Positions 11,710-22,458 of a stretch of 64,000 nucleotides of DNA are shown here, one piece after another. The notes under the pieces were generated by a model, which was not told where the DNA came from, made no database searches, and saw nothing but the letters and a program-made list of their open reading frames with translations. Each line of letters starts with the position of its first letter. The first letter of the stretch is position 1. The translations under genes and the position numbers were made by a program. Source of the DNA: Heptranchias perlo (taxonomy: Eukaryota); assembly GCF_035084215.1 (NCBI RefSeq), contig NC_090339.1:58900001-58964000 (forward strand). Direction: 5' to 3'.

Positions 11710-11947
11710 GGGGGTGATTTTAAACCCCAAGAACGGGTGGGTTGGGGGCGGGTGAGAGTTGAAAATAGTTGTTTTTTTGGGTCGCAACCGCAAAACTTTC
11801 GGACTTTGCATTCCCAGTGGGAAGCCTGGACTTTTACGCCTCGATGTTAAACCCAGAAATAAAGCCGGGTTGCGGTCGCAAAAAACAACTGTTTTCAACT
11901 TCGATCTGACCCCAACCCACCCGTTCTTGGGGTTTAAAATCACCTCT
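11710..11947. mobile_element. MITE (PIF/Harbinger-like), copy 1
   Basis: Long TIR GGGGGTGATTTTAAACCCCAAGAACGGGTGGGTTGGGG; 3-bp flanks TTT/TTT; near-identical copy at 32875-33117. Confidence 0.8.
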
Positions 11948-12174
11948 TTTATCTCTCTGTTTACAACCATATCCACATGAGTGCAAATCACACCTGGGAC
12001 TATGGCCGCTGTGCTATTTTGCTATGTCTTTCAAGAGACTGGCCACAACATGCAGCAGAATGCACAAAGCTATCCTGCTCAGATCTTGTACAATAGGGTT
12101 CAGTGTCTGCCTAGCTACTATATTAGTCATAACCAGAGTTCATTGCATGAGGTGGGTTTTTAAACGAAACTAGA

Positions 12175-12472
12175 ATTCATAAAAAATAACACAGAATCTT
12201 AAAGCACAGAAGGAGGCCATTCAGCCCATCGTGCCTGTGACAGCTCTTTGAAAGAGCTATCCAATTAGTCCCACTCCCCCTGCTTTTTCCCCATAGCCCT
12301 GCAAATTTTTTACTTTTCGAGTATTTATCCAATTCCCTTTTGAAAGTTACTATTGAATCTGCTTCAACCGCCCTTTCAGGCAGTGCATTCCAGATCATAA
12401 CAACTCGCTGCGTAAAAAAAAAACTCATCTCCCCCTCCCCCCCCACCCCAGTTCTTTTGCCAATTATCTTAA
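12175..12472 (-). mobile_element. CR1 3' end fragment
   Basis: ORF FFFTQRVVMIWNALPERAVEADSIVTFKRELD. Confidence 0.8.
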
Positions 12473-12899
12473 ACAGGAGCCTGACAAGTTCCTGAGAGAG
12501 GAGGGTGATTCAAGTTCTAAAGATTAAGCTTGCGGGATTAGCTGGAAATAATGATACTCGTGAGTTAATGCAGTCCCCTGGAACCTGCAGGGACCGGGGA
12601 GGAATTTCCCAGTGTTTTTCCTCAATTGTCCACAGGTCTTTCCCTCTGGCTTTTTCCTTCTCCCAGAAGATTGCGTGATGAGGGGTTGATGATGTGCACA
12701 ACTCCGCCACGTCTGGATGGATGGTCTGATGGTCTTCTCCTGCCTTTCTCGTATGTGCGTACGCAAGAGGAAAAGGAAATGGCAGCTACAGCAAACAGAA
12801 CAAGCCCCTTACACCATGACCACTCACGCCTATGGTCTCCACAAGAGTTACCTTGTATATTATTGAAATAAGGAGCAAAAAAACAAAGGCAAACTTGAG

Positions 12900-13340
12900 A
12901 AGTATTTCAGAACGATACCAGGGCTTAGAGGGTTAAATTGTGAGGACAGGTTGCACAAATTTGTCTAGTATAGGAGACTGAGGGGTGATCTGATTGAGGT
13001 GTTTAAAATGTTGAAAGGATTTGATAGGGTTGATACAGAGAAACTATTTCCTCTGGTGGGGGAAATCAAGAACCGGGCCATGTAGGAGGGAAATCAGGAA
13101 GCACTTTTTCACACAAAGGGATGTAGAAACCCGAAATTCTCTCCCCCAAAAGGCTGTGGATGCTGGGAGACAATTGGATCTTTCAAGACTGAAATCGATA
13201 GATTTTTGTTGGGCAAAGGTATCAAGGCATAGAGAGCAATGGAGGGTAAATGGAGTTGAGGTACAGATCAGCCATGATCCAATTGAATGGCGGAGCGGGT
13301 TTGAGGGGCTGAATGGCCTCCTCCTGTTCCTATGTTCCTA
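12900..13340 (+). mobile_element. CR1 3' fragment
   Basis: RRLRGDLIEVFK-like segment, KHFFTQR, 3' end GAATGGCCTCCTCCTGTTCCTATGTTCCTA. Confidence 0.8.
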
Positions 13341-14224
13341 ATTAGGTGCACCATCTTTGAAAGGAAATGTTGTACAAGGTGGGTCTCCTGGAAAGTGAGT
13401 TAAGAAATTGAGCATAGGTGGGGAGACAGGAAGTCATTTTAATTCACTGCCACAAATCCATGTGTCCAGTCAATTTGTATACCCATGAGAATTGAACATT
13501 AAAAAAATTTGGAGTAAATGGGAGTTTGAGGCCAACCAGATGGATTGAAATGGTCCTTTCTGGTCCTGTACATTCTTATATTTCTCTGAACAGATGTGTT
13601 CAGTGTTTATTTCGAATTATCTGAATGTCTGAAGTGTTTATAAGGGCAAGTGTAACTGAGTCTGCCTTCAAAAAGCAAGGCGTCGGTTTGGCCGTGTCAG
13701 ACAGTGTGCAAAATGGAAATGTCCACCAGTGCGGTAGGGGATGCTCTCTGATCATGACAAATTGGGCAAGATTGCCTTACCCACAGGCATTGCAGGACCA
13801 GATTTCCTTTCAGCGACACACTGGCCAAAAACCCAGCACCAGCCAATTTAATTATTGCATCCTGGTGGCAGCACAATCAAGCGCCTGGGAAAGAAGCCAG
13901 TGATGTGCATGTGTTCAGCTCATCCTTCTACTGCATTTAATGTGATGAGAGGTCCAAATGGGCAGACACCAAGGTCACGATCAGCCATTCGCAGCTATTC
14001 ATTTCAAAGCACTGGGGGTAGATACACCTGTTTGTATTACCCTTAAGGTGCTTTGAGAATGTGTTTAAGTGAAAGAACAAACAGGTTCCTTATAAACTTT
14101 CAGAACAGCATCAATATTTGCACTGGTACTTGGTGAATGAGATATACTGATACAGTGTTAATAGAGCTTTCTAAGCCATATAACTCATCAGAATGCAAAC
14201 AAGGGATAGTAGTACATAAAAATG

Positions 14225-14330
14225 GAAAGGATGGGAGGGAAAAAAAGGAAGGAAGAAAGGAAAGGAAGGAAAATAAAGAAGGAAGGGAGGGAGGGAGGAA
14301 AGAAGAAAGGAAAGAAGAGAGAAAAAGAAA
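14225..14330 (+). repeat. GA-rich (GGAA/GAAA) low-complexity repeat extending a SINE tail
   Basis: Purine-only run GGAAGGAAGAAAGGAAAGGAAGG... Confidence 0.85.
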
Positions 14331-14346
14331 GAACTTTCATTTTTAT

Positions 14347-14580
14347 GATGTGGAGATGCCGGTGATGGACTGGGGTTGACAATTGTAAACAATTTTACAA
14401 CACCAAGTTATAGTCCAGCAATTTTATTTTAAATTCACAAGCTTTCGGAGGCTTCCTCCTTCCTCAGGTAAACCAACATTTTTCCACATTTACCTGAGGA
14501 AGGAGGAAGCCTCCGAAAGCTTGTGAATTTAAAATAAAATTGCTGGACTATGACTTGGTGTTGTAAAATTGTTTACAATT
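14347..14580. mobile_element. Penelope-like element remnant forming a 92-bp hairpin
   Basis: Arms 14381-14472 / 14489-14580 (1 mismatch); 34-nt tail; TSD TTCATTTTTAT at 14336-14346 and 14581-14591. Confidence 0.85.
14488..14528 (+). ncRNA. Minimal type I hammerhead ribozyme motif (mirror copy on the minus strand at ~14433-14472)
   Basis: ATTTAC-CTGAGGA-A-GGAGG-AAG-CCTCC-GAAA-GC-TT-GTGAAT; stem I 6 bp with one G.U, stem II 5 bp. Confidence 0.75.
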
Positions 14581-15623
14581 TTCATTTTTATAGCAGCTTA
14601 TCAAATCTCAGAAGATATCCCAAAGATTTTCACATCCAATTAATTACTTTATAAGTCCAGTCCCTGTTATGTCAGCAAATGTGGCAGCCATTTTATGCAC
14701 AGGAAGATCCCACACACAGCAAGGAGGTGGATGATCTGTCCAATCCTTTGGTTGAGGGAAAAATGTTGGTTAGGGCACTGGGAAAATTCCTTGCTCTTCT
14801 TCGAACACAGTGATGGGAAAATTCCTTGCTCTTCTTCGAACAGAGTGATGGAACCTCTGGGACAGTCAGACAGGATCTGGTTTAACATACCAACCAAAGG
14901 GCAGCGCCTCTGGCAATGGAAGACTCCTGCTTCTGTGACAGGTCATCCGAGATTCTGTGGCCCTATCCTGGACTGGGGCTCAAACCCACAGCCTCCTGAC
15001 TCAGGGCCCAGATCGCAATACGCACAAATCAATTCAAATAAGACATGAAAAGATTTAAGTTCCAATCACGTTTATTGCGTTCATGGTTGACTCTTAACTG
15101 CCCTCTGAAGTAGCCCAGCAAGCCAATCAGTTGTACCTTCACCTTTTCAGGGCAACTAGGGATGGGCAATAAATGCCAACCTTGCCAGCGATGTCCTATT
15201 CCAATGACATGCGAAACTGAGAATCCTCTGCCTGGTTAAATGGACATGAAAGGTCCCATGGCATTAAAATCAAATCAGGATATCTCCTGAGGGCTGATTT
15301 TCCTGGGCACTGTTTGGCGGGGGCAGCGCACCAGAAGTGTGCTGTACTCGGGAAGCACAGGGAGGTTGGAATCTCCTGGCGTTCCTCATTATAATGAAAA
15401 GGGCAGAGTTCTGGTGCTGATGGAGAAATTCCATTTAGTGCCTGCCCTTGACCTGCTCCCGTTGTTATTACAGGAAATCTGTGTGCAGAGGTCTCTGACG
15501 TTCATTTTCCTGCAGTTGCTGTTACTGTGCCCTGTTCAGGTGCAATAACCATCTGCAAAGCCGTATCGGAAATTCAGCTGCAGTGCTATTCAGGTGCAAA
15601 AATGGATTAGTGCCCCTTTTTCC

Positions 15624-15958
15624 TCCAGTCCTACAACTCTCCGAGATCTCTGCGCTCCTCCAATTCTGGCCTCTTGCGCATTCCCAATTTTAATCGCTCC
15701 ACTATTGGCGGCCGTGCCTTCAGCTGCCTAGGCCCTAAGCTCTGGAATTCCCTCCCTAAACCCCTCCGCCTCTCCACCTCTCCCTCCTCCTTTAAGATGC
15801 TCCTTAAGACCTACCTCTATGACCAAGCTTTTGGTCACCTGTCCCAATATCTCTTTATGTGGCTCAGCGTCGAATTTTGTCTGATTACGCTCCTGTGAAG
15901 CGCCTTGCGACGTTTTACCACGTTAAAGGCGCTATATAAATGCAAGTTGTTGTTGTTG
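15624..15958 (+). mobile_element. L2-type LINE 3' fragment, low divergence
   Basis: ORF RSTIGGRAFSCLGPKLWNSLPKPLRLSTSPSSFKMLLKTYLY; tail GGCGCTATATAAATGCAAGTTGTTGTTGTTG. Confidence 0.85.
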
Positions 15959-16309
15959 CACAGCACCCGTTTTTTTTTTATCAGTTGTTATTTGGGTGAG
16001 TAGCCGAGGGAAATCGCCCCTCTGTGTCCTGGCCAGCATTCCTTCAACAACCAACACCACCAAAAACAGATGAACTGCTCATTCCTATCATTGGCCGTTG
16101 TGGGACCTTACTGTGCAGACTTCCCTACTAAACAACAGTGAATACACTTTGCTGGTTGTGAACCACCCTGGAACATACTGAAGACATGATACGGCACATT
16201 ATAAATGTCACTTCCTTCTTTCCAAAAACTCTACTTGAAACTGTTGGAAATGACAACATTGCATTAAGTCTTCAAAACGCACTTCAAAGAAGTATCAACT
16301 TGCACTTAC

Positions 16310-16360
16310 TCCCATCACCAACGGAGAGAATAAGGGAAGCGTCGTTGTAAATCGTACCAT
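16310..16360 (-). CDS. Candidate alternative first coding exon of a short AFF2 isoform (MVRFTTTLPLFSPLVMG)
   Basis: ATG at 16360, 17 open codons, then GGA|GTAAGT in phase 0, in non-repetitive intron-3 sequence. Inference only. Confidence 0.3.
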
Positions 16361-18279
16361 CAAAGTGGTACCAGTCGCAAATGGTGTCAAGTCTCAGGGG
16401 CTGCCTGTCACTCACACTCACTCATCCCGTCTCACTCGGGGCAGTTTCTTCCCTTCTCAGTGGAACAGCACCTCAGAGAAAGGAAGACTTTGACAAACAC
16501 CATCTAGCTCCCTCCAGCAGGCCTCCTTCTAGCTGACTGGGAAAGTTCTAGAGGAACCTGTCACTGCCTATCCTTCTAGCAGAAAGGCTAATTCGTGCAT
16601 GGTATCAAATGACCAGCTGAAGGGAAGGGAAGGGGAGGGCAGGAGAGCAGGCTGGAAGAAAACCAGGAGATAAAATACCTCTTTTAAAAATAAAATCTCT
16701 ATCAAGTTATTTTGTTCTAAATTCCGGTTGAAATTGATTTAGTCACTTACTGTTCAATGACATGGTTTGATTCGACAAATCAAGAGGCCAGTTGGGATTT
16801 TTGATATATGCTGAGGTAAGTACAGACGATTTTGGATCACTAATTAAGTCCACGTGGTTTTACGTACCAGTTCTTTTCTGAGTACTGGTAATGCATAGTC
16901 AATCGGACTTTCATCTACTGGGGAACTTCAGCTAGTCTTGTAGACAGAGACACACATCACATCACACAGCCTCATCAATGTAAAACAGCGTGACATTTTA
17001 TGTAAACAGGGCTTATCTGATTTCACCGAGTTCCTGTGTGCACTTACTAGTTTAGTCACTACTAGCACAGCATATTGGTACAGCACACTCTGTACCTACA
17101 GCGTTTATTATTTGGCAGTTACATTTGTAACTTGTAACCCTGCCAGTCTGACTCTGTTCCCAGTTAAAAAAAAATTCCTGTCAATGACTCAATAGCTCTG
17201 CACTGACTGAGAAGACCTTCATTGAGATTTGTTAGCAATTCTTGTTGTCACTGAAAGTGAGACATCAATTACATGCCAAGCTTAACAATACTTGAAGGTG
17301 CAGTACCATTTGAATATTTATTTAACGTACAGGGGGTCCCATCCATTACACTTCCCATTTGTAATCTTCACTTTAGTATTAGTTTTCATTTTAAATTAAT
17401 AAGATTACGCTTTTTATGGCAGGGCAGCTGAATGTATCAGTCATGAAACATTCAGGGGTCATCCAAGGTCACGTACAATGAAGTGTGGAGCATGCTTGGT
17501 AGGAACAGGTGACTTTGGACCTATGTTTCCCAAAGCTCTCCACCACTGGGGGTTTTACTCACCTCATGTCTGGGTCGGTTGTAGACTCATTGAGAGAGAC
17601 TGTTTGCTATGATTAGTCAACAACTCCATTATCGTTGTTATCGTGCGAACCAGACAGACCTTGGTCTTCCTTCGTCCAGCAATTCCTATGAAATTCACCT
17701 ATTTAATTAGTAAGTGTATCAACACATCAGGAAAAGGGGAAGACAAGTCTATGTGGATTCAAAATGGCAGACTTTGGACCACTTTCATAAATAAAGTGTA
17801 TGTTTAAAAATGTCAGCCTGTTTTGGTTAGCTGGGTGTCCCATATATGCAGAAACCCAAAACCACGTTTAGGAATCTCCAAATCAAGCTACTGACAAATG
17901 TACACGGGAAGAGTTTCTGTTTGCCTGATACGGAGTGCGCCCCCCACTCCTCCATATTTATGTATCTCACTTGACTAAGTCCAGAGAGCTTGGGCACAGG
18001 ATGGCAAGTGCCAGGGCCTAGGGATCCCCAGTGTGTGCAGGGTTGCTCCTGGCGTTTAATCAGCTAAAACTGCACAGTTGACCAACACAAAGCCTTGGTG
18101 TTGTCCAGCCAGGACCACACTCCCTATTAGGGCACTGGCTGGTAGGGGTTATCAGAGCCAAAGTGGGTAGAATGCCAACCCTCAGTGACAAGTCTAGTCC
18201 TCCTCGGATTGTACCAATGGGCAAGACTGGCTGGCCAACAGTACCCTCGATTACTGCCGGAATATAACCATAAATGTAT

Positions 18280-18460
18280 AAAGAAAGAACTTGCATTTAT
18301 ATAGAGGCTTTCATGACCTCAGGACGTCCTAAAGCACTTAACAGCCAATGAAGTACTTTTGAAATGTAGTCACTGTTGTAATGTAGGAAATGTAGCAGCC
18401 AATTTGCGCACAGCAAGGTCCCACAAACGGCGATGTGATAATGATCAGATAATCTGTTTT
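18280..18460 (-). mobile_element. DeuSINE 3' half
   Basis: AAAGAAAGAACTTGCATTTATATAG...AGCCAATTTGCGCACAGCAAGGTCCCACAAAC. Confidence 0.8.
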
Positions 18461-19619
18461 TTTAAAACATAATTTAATAGTTGACATAATTTAATAACAA
18501 ATGATCATGCATGCTAATTTGTTATTAAATAATGTTAACAGTCTAATCACTATATTCTTGATTTTTAGTCATTACAAATCCAATGAGTATTGTACCCTGA
18601 AAGCCTCTAATGTGTATACTTATCAGATTATTATCTTTTTCTGTATACTGCGGTGTTCCCATAGTCGATTTTTACCAGGAACAACATTTTCCAGATCCTC
18701 TTCCCTAGTGCGAGACCAAGTTAAAGAGAGAGGGCCCCCACTTTCATTAAGTGAGTCCGTGTTTATCCCCAACTAGGAACCCTCATATGTCACTTTAAAA
18801 AAAAAATATGTATATAAATATAAATAAAAACCTGCCATTTTTGTGCAGCCTCATCTTTCTGTTGATTTGGAAAAACAAAAATCCAAAGTGACCAAAATAT
18901 TCTTCCTGCTAACTTTGTCAATATGCAATCTCGCTTATATTCGCCTGGTGTTTATTTGTAATTCAAGAATTAATATTGACAAAATTTACCGAGGCGTGAA
19001 AAATGCTCGGCAGCATATTTTGTCCCGAAGTAAAAATAAACAGTAACATCTGCAGCGCAAACTGGTAAATGCTGTATATAATAATAAACCCTTTTTTTTT
19101 CTAACAAAACACCATCTGCAATCATGTGCGAGTCTTCAGTGGATATAAATAGCCCTTTGTACCATTTCCTCAGATGCTGTGCTCAGAAAATTCTTTCTTT
19201 TAACAGAACACACCAGCCTCTCTGTAAGTGCGCCTTTCCCTCACAGTTATGGGCCTAGCTGTACGATCATTTGCATATTTTACACCCTATTAACACGATC
19301 ATTCAACAAATGAATCCTCGGGGACTAATAACTACACATTGTTTCCCTTCACTTCCTAAACTGTTATGTATTTTTAAAAGCACTATATACAGATTGCAGA
19401 TATTAATCTACCAATAAAATACACTCTTGTTTCATGGACTGAATTCCACGTTGCTCTGACCAACTGCAGGAAACTAGTCGACACATTGTCCATTTTTTAA
19501 AGCTGTCTGTCAGAACCTACACTGTGTTCTGAACTGCTGATTGCAATATGGGGAGGGTGTTTCCTACTTCTCCTTATGCACGAATATCAATAAAACTGAG
19601 AAAGCTTAAACAGTTTTTG

Positions 19620-19948
19620 CAGAAAGAAAGACTAGCACCTTTCACGGCCTCAGGACTTCCCAACGTGTTTTACAGCCAATGAAGTACTTTTGAAGTGTAG
19701 TCACTGTTGTAATGTAGGAAACGCAGCAGCCAATTTGCGCACAGCAAGGTCCCACAAACAGCAGCGAGCTAATGGCCAGATAATCTATTTTTAGCTGTTG
19801 GTTGAGGGATAAATATTGGCCCAGGACATTGAGGGGAGAACTCCCCTCTCCCTCAGTACTCCACTGGGAGCGTTAGCCTAGATTTTGGGACTATGAACCC
19901 ATAAGCCTTCTGACTCAAAGGCACAGGTGCTACCCACTGAGCCACAGC
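19620..19948 (-). mobile_element. DeuSINE with internal deletion
   Basis: Tail, Deu-domain segment and head complement CCCACTGAGCCACAGC. Confidence 0.8.
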
Positions 19949-20787
19949 AGATATCTAGAATATTAAGTGCCTTCCCCTTATTAATCTGTCCTAGAACCAA
20001 AGAATTTTAAACTGTATCTTTAATACTTTTTTTCTCAACAAGCTTCTGAGTTTCAAGCATCAGAAAATAATGATCCAAGTTGATGGATTTCTTGCTAGAT
20101 ACCAATCCAACAGGCTCCATTATTTAGTATTCCGGGCATGCAGTAACACGGGATTTTAACAAGTTTTGATTTCAACAAAGAAATAAATAAAAAATGTGCA
20201 AAAGAAATAAACAAGCCAAACACGATTTCTTCATGTTAACCTAATTTTGAAATGCCAAACGTGTTTTTTTTTAATATATGTATATATATATAACTGACAC
20301 CTAAGGGGACATTTCATTGCGAATGTGACGTGACACGAGGAAGGGGAGAAATGGAGAAGTGGTAAATATTAATAGTTCACTCACCAGCACGGGCTTCTGC
20401 CAGCTGTTTGCGACCGTGTGCTGCTCTGGTTTGTGTGGAAGGGCCCCAGTGCAATGCTTTCACCACCAGAGGTGCTGCATTCCCTCTCTTTCTTGCAGTG
20501 CTTTCTGGGTAAGGCCACCAGATGACTACTTTTATTCTGTTTCTAAATGTGTCATCAAACTTTCCACAGAACGCTGGCTCATAAGTGAAGGGGCCGTGCG
20601 TTACTGTATTGCTGTAAACTGCGAATCATGGCCGGACCTAGTCGAATAGCAATACCATAGGAACATCAGGAACAGGAGTAGGCCATTTCAATTTAGATCA
20701 TGGCTGATCTGCACCACAGCTTCATTTTCCCGCCTTTTGCTCCGTAATCCCTTGATAGCCTTACCTCACAAAAAAAAACTATCTATC

Positions 20788-20950
20788 AAATGCAGAGTAC
20801 TGTGGATGCTGGAAATCTGAAATAAAAACAGAAAATGCTGGAACTACTCAGCATTGATGACGAAAGGTCATCGGCCTGAAACTTTAACTCTGTTTCTTTC
20901 TCCACATATGCCGGCTTGCTGAGTATTTCCAGCATTTTCTGTTTTTACTT
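20788..20950. mobile_element. Second Penelope-like family remnant with a degenerate hammerhead, inserted in a CR1 3' fragment (~20655-21040)
   Basis: Inverted repeat AAAAACAGAAAATGCTGGAACTACTCAGCA / TGCTGAGTATTTCCAGCATTTTCTGTTTTT around (A)TGACGA-AAGGTC-ATC-GGCCT-GAAA. Confidence 0.6.
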
Positions 20951-21044
20951 TATATCGTATATTATAAAAGAAACTAAGCATCTCAGTCTTGAAAGCTCCA
21001 ATTGTCCCCCAGCATCCACAACCCATTTGTCGGGAGAGAGTTAA

Positions 21045-21412
21045 ATAAGAACATAAGAAATAGGAGCAGGAGTAGGCCAATCGGCCCCTCGAGCCTGCTC
21101 CGCCATTCAACAAGATCATGGCTGATCTGATCCCAACCTCAAATCTAAATTCATGTCCAATTTCCTGCCCGCTCCCCGTAACCCCTAATTCCCTTTACTT
21201 CTAGGAAACTGTCTATTTCTGTTTTAAATTTATTTAATGATGTCGCTTCCACAGCTTCCTGGGGCAGCAAATTCCACAGACCTACTACCCTCTGAGTAAA
21301 GAAGTTTCTCCTCATCTCAGTTTTGAAAGAGCAGCCCCTTATTCTAAGATTATGCCCCCTAGTTCTAGTTTCACCCATCCTTGGGAACATCCTTACCGCA
21401 TCCACCCGATCT
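21045..21412 (-). mobile_element. CR1 3' fragment, low divergence
   Basis: ORF RMFPRMGETRTRGHNLRIRG..MRRNFFTQRVVGLWNLLP; terminal (TAAGAACA)n. Confidence 0.85.
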
Positions 21413-22048
21413 ACACTTCTGCTACCCAAGAGACAACGCTAACTTCAAAGCCTGACCAGCTCAGAGCAAACTCAAATCCTGCCCTCTCCTTGCCTCTTGT
21501 TAAGGACCTCCCCCCCTTCCAACCACAGCAAATATCACAGCAAAGATAACTCACACAACCATGGCTGGCCTCCAAAAATAGTTAGTAATGAGATGTAAAC
21601 ATTCAGCAACAGTTCTGATAATACGTGGACATTTTTTGTTTGTAAACTCGTGGTGCCCAGTTGCTATGGGAGCTGATTTTTCAGAGTTCGAGATCCATCG
21701 GGCAATGTACCTCGAGAATTAGCCAGAGCAAGAACATCTGAACATATGAAAATGCCAAACAATAAACGATTATCCGGTCCATCGAGCCTGCCTCACACAG
21801 TTGTGATGTCTGAAGCATCATGATTAGAAACCCCCTCCCCACTAGCAGTTATGTGACCTCCTGGGAGAGGCAAAAAAAAACAGATATAAACCCAAGGCCA
21901 ATTAAGGAAAATCATTTTAATGGATGGACTATCGAGGGAAGTATACCCATCATTTCTTGATATGTGCACTGGCAGGCTAGACTTCCCACCCGTCTAAACT
22001 GGTTACTCTTTCTATACATCCAGTGCCAGTGATGCTTAGCATTGAAAT

Positions 22049-22458
22049 GTCAGCCGTGGCCCAGTGGGTAGCACTCTCTGCTTTGAGTCAGAAGATTGTA
22101 GGCGCAAGTCCGACTCCAGAGACTTGAGCACATAATCCAAGCTGACACTCCAGGGAGTGCTGCTCCATCGGAGGTGCCGTCTTTCGGACGAGATGTTAAA
22201 CTCTCAGGTGGACGTAAAAGATCCCCTGGCACTGTTTCAAAGAAGAGTAGGGGAGATGTCCCTCAACCAACATCACATCATTAAATTATCTAGTCATTTA
22301 TCTCATTACTGTTTGTGGGGCCTTGCTCTGGCCAAATTGGCTGCTGCATTTCCCTACATTAAAACAGTGACTACACTTCAAAAGTACACCATTGGCTGTA
22401 AAGTGCTTTGGGATGTCCTGAGGTCGTGAAAGGTGCTTTCTAAATGCAAGTCCTTTGT
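22049..22458 (+). mobile_element. DeuSINE (SacSINE1-like), near full length
   Basis: Pol III A/B-box head GTCAGCCGTGGCCCAGTGGGTAGC; Deu-domain GGAGGTGCCGTCTTTCGGACGAGATGTTAAA; tail AAATGCAAGTCC. Confidence 0.85.

Larger units (their letters stand above)
14325..15005 (-). mobile_element. DeuSINE, diverged, hosting a Penelope insertion and an internal ~35-bp tandem duplication
   Basis: AAAGAAAGAACTTTCATTTTTAT|AGC...AAGATCCCACAC...GGGGCTCAAACCCACAGCCTCCTGACTCAG. Confidence 0.7.

Noticed and set aside
14780-14851. ~35-bp tandem repeat
   Set aside because: Local duplication inside a SINE body.
18060-18250. Vague resemblance to LF-SINE-type ancient repeats
   Set aside because: Could not align convincingly by eye.
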